Source: an uncultured Bacteroidota bacterium (GTDB taxonomy: Bacteria; Bacteroidota; Ignavibacteria; UBA10030; UBA8401). From it: DNA of 64,000 bases. The stretch lies in the NCBI GenBank assembly GCA_937920105.1, contig CALETH010000131.1:6400-70399 (forward strand), written 5' to 3'. Below the pieces are notes generated by a model. That model saw only the letters and a list, made by a program, of their open reading frames with translations. It ran no database searches and was not told the origin of the DNA. Below, piece after piece: positions 59,419 to 64,000 of this stretch. Within the stretch, counting starts at the first letter, position 1. The number at the start of each line of letters is the position of its first letter. A program made the position numbers and the translations under genes.

Positions 59419-60210
59419 ATGCAAAAACTTTCTGCTCTTATTGTTGATGATGAAATGTGGGGAAGGAAAAATTTAGAAAAACTATTATTGTATTACTGTC
59501 CTGAAATACAAATTATAGGGATGGCAAGCTCTGCAGCAGAAGCGAAAACAATAGTTGAGCAACAAACTCCCGATATTATTTTTTTGGATATTGAAATGCC
59601 AAATGTTAATGGCTTTCAATTTTTGGATTCTTTTACAGAAAGAAATTTTTCTGTTATTTTTGTTACTGCTTACAGCCGTTATGCATTGCAAGCCATTAAA
59701 GCCAGTGCTGTTGATTACATTCTCAAACCGATTAATATACAAGAATTACAGAATGCAGTACAAAAATCATGTACAATTCATACATTAAAAAAATCTCATA
59801 AGACGCTGCAAAAAAATTATCGTGCTTCTGTAACTAATTTGCTTAATGAAATACAAAAAGAACAATATCCGGATAAAATTACACTTCCGCATTCCGAAGA
59901 ATATCGCATTGTAAATGTGAAAGATATTATCCGATTGGAAGGCGATGATAATTACACACACATTTATTGTTTCAATCAAAAACCTGTTCTTGCTTCTAAA
60001 ACACTTCGTGAGTTTGAAGAATTATTTGATACGACAAAATTTTTTCGAATTCACAAATCTCACATTATTAATCTCGCTTATCTTAAAAGTTATTCTTCTC
60101 GTGATGGTGGTTTTGTAACGATGTTCGATGGTGTAAAACTTCCTATTTCACGGAGAAGATATACAGATTTTCTCGATGTAGTAAAAAATTCAGCGCCGTT
60201 AATTCAGTAA
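59419..60210 (+). CDS. LytTR-family two-component response regulator
   Basis: Receiver domain (ALIVDDE...DIIFLDIEMP) plus C-terminal LytTR DNA-binding domain. Confidence 0.88.
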   Translation: MQKLSALIVDDEMWGRKNLEKLLLYYCPEIQIIGMASSAAEAKTIVEQQTPDIIFLDIEMPNVNGFQFLDSFTERNFSVIFVTAYSRYALQAIKASAVDYILKPINIQELQNAVQKSCTIHTLKKSHKTLQKNYRASVTNLLNEIQKEQYPDKITLPHSEEYRIVNVKDIIRLEGDDNYTHIYCFNQKPVLASKTLREFEELFDTTKFFRIHKSHIINLAYLKSYSSRDGGFVTMFDGVKLPISRRRYTDFLDVVKNSAPLIQ

Positions 60211-60212
60211 AT

Positions 60213-63050
60213 ATGAGAAAAATCTTTCCTCTTTTCTTTTGTATTATTTCCACAACTTTTGCACAAATGTTTCCATACTATCATTACACCGTTGATGATG
60301 GTTTGCCGCATTCAGTAGTGTATAGAATGCTTCAAGATAAAAAGGGCTTTTTGTGGTTCACAACGGATAATGGAGTAAGTAAATATGATGGTGAAACATT
60401 TACGAATTTTTCTGTTGTAGAGGGTCTTCTTTCCAACAGTGTTGTTCCAATAGCAGAATCTTCGGATGGAAAAATTTTTGTTGGAGTATATGGAAAAGGA
60501 ATTAATTATATACAAAATAATAAAGTGTATTTATATCATAAGAATATTAATATAAACTCTTTTATGATAGAACGTAATGGTTATTTGTATGTACAATCAG
60601 GTTTTGCATGTGTAAAAATTAATGATACTAGTAGTCAGTTTTTATGGAAACCTACGGGGAAATCTTTTGGTTTATACAAAACCTTACAACAAGATATTTT
60701 AGTCATGAAAGAAGGAGGGGGTCTTTACAGCATGGTTAATGATACAATTGTACCATACAAAAATAATATTCTTGGGAACAAAGAAATATTTTCTTTACAC
60801 CAAGAAGAAGATAGTATTCTTTGGTGCGGTTCTATAGGAAAGATATTAAAAATTCAGGATACAATAGTACATGAAATAGTTCTTCCTTTTAAAAAAAAAG
60901 TTTATGGAATTTTTATTGATTCTCAAAAGCGAATCTGGTTTACTATTCCAAATGAAGGCATTTTTTTATTAGAAAATGAAAAAATCACCTCTATAGGCAA
61001 AAAATTAAATATAGAAAAAGATAATATAGGTTGGCCAAAAGAAGATAAAGAAGGAAATATATGGATTACACCATATGGCAAGGAAGTGTATTGTATCTAT
61101 AATACTTATATCACCAATTATTCTACACAAGATGGTTTAAGCCATAACTATGTAAAAACAATAACACAAGATAGATATGGAAGAATTTTAATTGGAACAC
61201 TTAATGGAATTACAATTATTCATAATGATAGTGTAACTCTACCAAAAAATAATTATCAAAATTATGAAGTACGGACAATCTTTACAGGATTGAAAGATAC
61301 AATAGCAATTTTTGGTTCTGCGTCTGCTATCCAGAACAAAAAAAATCTTCCATATGATAGCTACACAACATATTACTATTGGCCAAATTTAACATCTCTA
61401 GCAAAAATTAATAATACAGATACATTATTAGGTGGAATGTGGCAAAACTGGATAGTTTTTACTAATCCTCAAGGCAATATTATACGATATACACAACTTT
61501 ATAAAAACTTTTCCGGTTACATTCGAACAAAAAAACTTTATAAAGATGTGCACAATAGAATATGGATTGGTACAACATCAGGTTTATGTCAATATGTAAA
61601 TACTGATAGTGTGTATTGTTATGAAGGTGATACACCACTCACAGGAATTATTGAAGATATTACCGAAGATAGTTCACAGAGAGTATGGGTCGTCAGCAAT
61701 AAAGGAGTAATGTATTACAAAAATAATGAATGGAAAAATTTTATCTTACCGGAATATACAATCAATGCCGCAACATCACTTCAGTTTGATTTAAAGAACC
61801 ATCTTTGGCTTGGTACATCAAACGGTTTGTATTATTATGATGGAAAAACCGTAAAACATTTTACTAAATATTCAGGTCTTACTTCCAACAATATTACTAC
61901 ACTTTATTATGAAAAAGAAAAAAATTTTTTATGGATTGGAACAACTGAAGGTTTATCCAGAATAAATATTACACAATATCATTCGTCTATTGCTAAACCA
62001 CTTACACCGATTATTTCAAAAGTGGTTGTTGAAGATTCTACTATTTATGAACCCACATCATTACAACTTTCATCAATACAAAATGCTGTAAAAATTTATT
62101 TTGCTGGACTTCATTTTCAACGTCCTAAAAGTGTAATTTATGAATACCGACTTAATGAAGACACTTTATGGCGAAAAACACAAAGTAATATAGTGGAACT
62201 GTTAAATATTTCTTATGGAACAACACAACTTTTTATGCGGGCAAAAACAGAAAACAGAGAATGGAGTACCCCAATTACATTTCTTATAGAAAAAGAAACA
62301 CCATTCTGGGCAACACTTCCATTTTACATTTTTTGTGGTATGATTGGCATCACTATTATTTTTGTGATAACGGAACGTCGCATTCGTAGTATAAAAAAAC
62401 GCGAGCAGGAAAAAACAACATTACTCAATACAATGAAAAAATTAGAATACCAAGCACTTGCTGCAATGATGAATCCGCATTTTATTTTTAATTCACTTAA
62501 TGCCATACAATCTTTAATAAATAATTTGGAAATCCGCAAAGCCAATGAATATCTTACAAGTTTTTCACAACTGATACGTAGTAATTTGGATGTTGTAGAA
62601 AAAAATATAATTTCATTGCACGAAGAATTAGAAAGATTACAATTATATTTATTATTAGAAAAACTTCGATTTGGAGATTCTTTAGAATATATCATCACCG
62701 TAGAAAAAGAAATAGATTTAGAAGAAACCTTTATTCCTAATATGCTTTTACAACCATTTGTAGAAAATTCTTTACGACATGGAATTTTACCCAGTGGAAG
62801 AGATGGAAAAATTTCTATTATTATCAAAAAGGAAAATACTATAAAAATTTTTATAGAAGATAATGGTGTTGGTATGAAAACAACATCTTTTGATTATACT
62901 TCTAAGGGAATACGACTTATACAAGAACGCCTACAACTGCTTTACAAAGAACAGTACACACCAATTCTTTTTCATACACTCACCGATAATTCTGGAAATA
63001 TTCTGGGTACTCGTGTAGAAATCACTCTTCCAGACTCTGCAATACTCTAA
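60213..63050 (+). CDS. Sensor histidine kinase with periplasmic two-component-regulator beta-propeller + Y_Y_Y domain and LytS-type (His_kinase/HATPase_c) cytoplasmic module
   Basis: 945 aa; repeated propeller blades (LW.GT..GL..YD), single TM (FYIFCGMIGITIIFVI), then the PF06580-like H-box region (MNPHFIFNSLNAIQSLI) and ATPase. Confidence 0.85.
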   Translation: MRKIFPLFFCIISTTFAQMFPYYHYTVDDGLPHSVVYRMLQDKKGFLWFTTDNGVSKYDGETFTNFSVVEGLLSNSVVPIAESSDGKIFVGVYGKGINYIQNNKVYLYHKNININSFMIERNGYLYVQSGFACVKINDTSSQFLWKPTGKSFGLYKTLQQDILVMKEGGGLYSMVNDTIVPYKNNILGNKEIFSLHQEEDSILWCGSIGKILKIQDTIVHEIVLPFKKKVYGIFIDSQKRIWFTIPNEGIFLLENEKITSIGKKLNIEKDNIGWPKEDKEGNIWITPYGKEVYCIYNTYITNYSTQDGLSHNYVKTITQDRYGRILIGTLNGITIIHNDSVTLPKNNYQNYEVRTIFTGLKDTIAIFGSASAIQNKKNLPYDSYTTYYYWPNLTSLAKINNTDTLLGGMWQNWIVFTNPQGNIIRYTQLYKNFSGYIRTKKLYKDVHNRIWIGTTSGLCQYVNTDSVYCYEGDTPLTGIIEDITEDSSQRVWVVSNKGVMYYKNNEWKNFILPEYTINAATSLQFDLKNHLWLGTSNGLYYYDGKTVKHFTKYSGLTSNNITTLYYEKEKNFLWIGTTEGLSRINITQYHSSIAKPLTPIISKVVVEDSTIYEPTSLQLSSIQNAVKIYFAGLHFQRPKSVIYEYRLNEDTLWRKTQSNIVELLNISYGTTQLFMRAKTENREWSTPITFLIEKETPFWATLPFYIFCGMIGITIIFVITERRIRSIKKREQEKTTLLNTMKKLEYQALAAMMNPHFIFNSLNAIQSLINNLEIRKANEYLTSFSQLIRSNLDVVEKNIISLHEELERLQLYLLLEKLRFGDSLEYIITVEKEIDLEETFIPNMLLQPFVENSLRHGILPSGRDGKISIIIKKENTIKIFIEDNGVGMKTTSFDYTSKGIRLIQERLQLLYKEQYTPILFHTLTDNSGNILGTRVEITLPDSAIL

Positions 63051-63311
63051 TTTTTATCCTTTTTCTTTTATACTTAATACTTTTCTGTAACCGTTTCCTC
63101 GCCACACACTACCGTTTACTCATTTATTGCTACCGTTGGCTCATTCTCTCTTGAAAGCAGGTATCATCTTTTTGTATTATTTCACCTCACAAAAAACTAA
63201 AAATAGGAATTACTAAAAAATAGGAGGTCTTTATGCCACCATAAATTAATATGCAATCTGCAATGAAAAATCACAAAAAATCAAATTTAAAAATTATAAG
63301 GAAAACAAAAA

Positions 63312-64000
63312 ATGAAAACCATAAAACTTTTTTACCTCATCGTAATAACAATGTGTGTAACACACACAACAATATTTGCACAAGCAACACAGGCAACAAA
63401 TGTATTAAATGGTACACAATATTTAGGTTCAAGTAATAATTTTGATATTATTTTTAAAAGAAATAATACACCTGCTGGGTTATTAGGACCATTTAATACA
63501 TCATTTGGAGTAAATGCTCTTAATCTTTCTTCAACGGGTTCATATAATACAGCAGTAGGAGTATCATCGTTAGCATTAAATATCAGTGGAAGTAGTAACA
63601 CTGCTAATGGTGTTTTCTCATTGTATTACAATACAACAGGAAATTATAATACTGCTTTTGGTTACAATTCTTTAATAGACAATACCAGTGGAACTTTAAA
63701 TACTGCAATAGGATATGGTGCTAATGTTGGTTCAGGGAATTTAAAGCATGCAACAGCAGTAGGTGCTAATGCAATTGTTACCAGTGATAGCAGTGTTCAA
63801 TTAGGTAGTGCATTCGTAAAAAAAGTGTATGCTGGAGTAGGTGCTAATGCTACGCTTATTGCAGGAAAATTGCAAATTACCGGTGGTACGTTAGGAGCAG
63901 GAAAAGTTCTTACTTCTACTGATGCTACTGGTATTGCTACATGGCAAACCCCACCTACATCACCATGGTTAACTTCTGGTTCTAATACCTATTATAATAA
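63312..64000 (+). CDS. Secreted repeat protein, N-terminal part (tail-fibre/adhesin-head-like NTAxGxxSL repeats); runs off window end
   Basis: Signal peptide MKTIKLFYLIVITMCVTHTTIFAQA, then repeated NTA[VFI]G motifs; open to the last base. Confidence 0.55.
   Translation, partial: MKTIKLFYLIVITMCVTHTTIFAQATQATNVLNGTQYLGSSNNFDIIFKRNNTPAGLLGPFNTSFGVNALNLSSTGSYNTAVGVSSLALNISGSSNTANGVFSLYYNTTGNYNTAFGYNSLIDNTSGTLNTAIGYGANVGSGNLKHATAVGANAIVTSDSSVQLGSAFVKKVYAGVGANATLIAGKLQITGGTLGAGKVLTSTDATGIATWQTPPTSPWLTSGSNTYYN

Noticed and set aside
63251-63436. 61-aa ORF in the track (MQSAMKNHKKSNLK…)
   Set aside because: Low-complexity, overlaps in another frame the start of a much longer signal-peptide-bearing ORF beginning at ATG 63312.

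Overview
Low-GC (~33%) bacterial chromosomal window. A T9SS C-terminal sorting domain and an 11-subunit complex I lacking nuoEFG point to the Bacteroidota/Ignavibacteriota lineage. It contains three recognisable core blocks, plus an unrelated flanking segment. (1) Positions 3.2-12.8 kb, minus strand: a heat-shock supercluster dnaK - RES-like orphan - clpB - hrcA - hypothetical - grpE - dnaJ. (2) Positions 16.4-35.8 kb: a complete 11-subunit NADH:quinone oxidoreductase operon (nuoA,B,C,D,H,I,J,K,L,M,N). Nearly every gene junction in it carries accessory cargo: an SBBP-repeat/T9SS protein, a hicBA toxin-antitoxin pair translationally coupled to nuoC, small membrane/TPR proteins, a frameshifted PIN gene, a TMEM43-like protein, a ParE-type TA pair with a duplicated antitoxin fragment, a swapped-hairpin/GIY-YIG nuclease fusion, tandem paralogous 2-TM proteins, and a WG-repeat lipoprotein. 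(3) A tRNA(CAT)-tilS-hpt-[2 inserted genes]-ftsH cluster. (4) nrdJ, gmhA, a class II Fic protein, sdaA, hutU and a LytTR two-component pair. At least five toxin-antitoxin-like modules are present (RelE/BrnA three-gene module between birA and coaX, hicBA, parDE-like, vapBC, PIN pseudogene), plus an orphan RES domain. Several families of intergenic palindromic repeats recur, most strikingly an AGAC-stem-TTTAAAA-stem-GTCT family with compensatory stem variants. These repeats sit at the junctions between core genes and inserted cargo. No CRISPR array, rRNA or obvious IS/transposase was seen.
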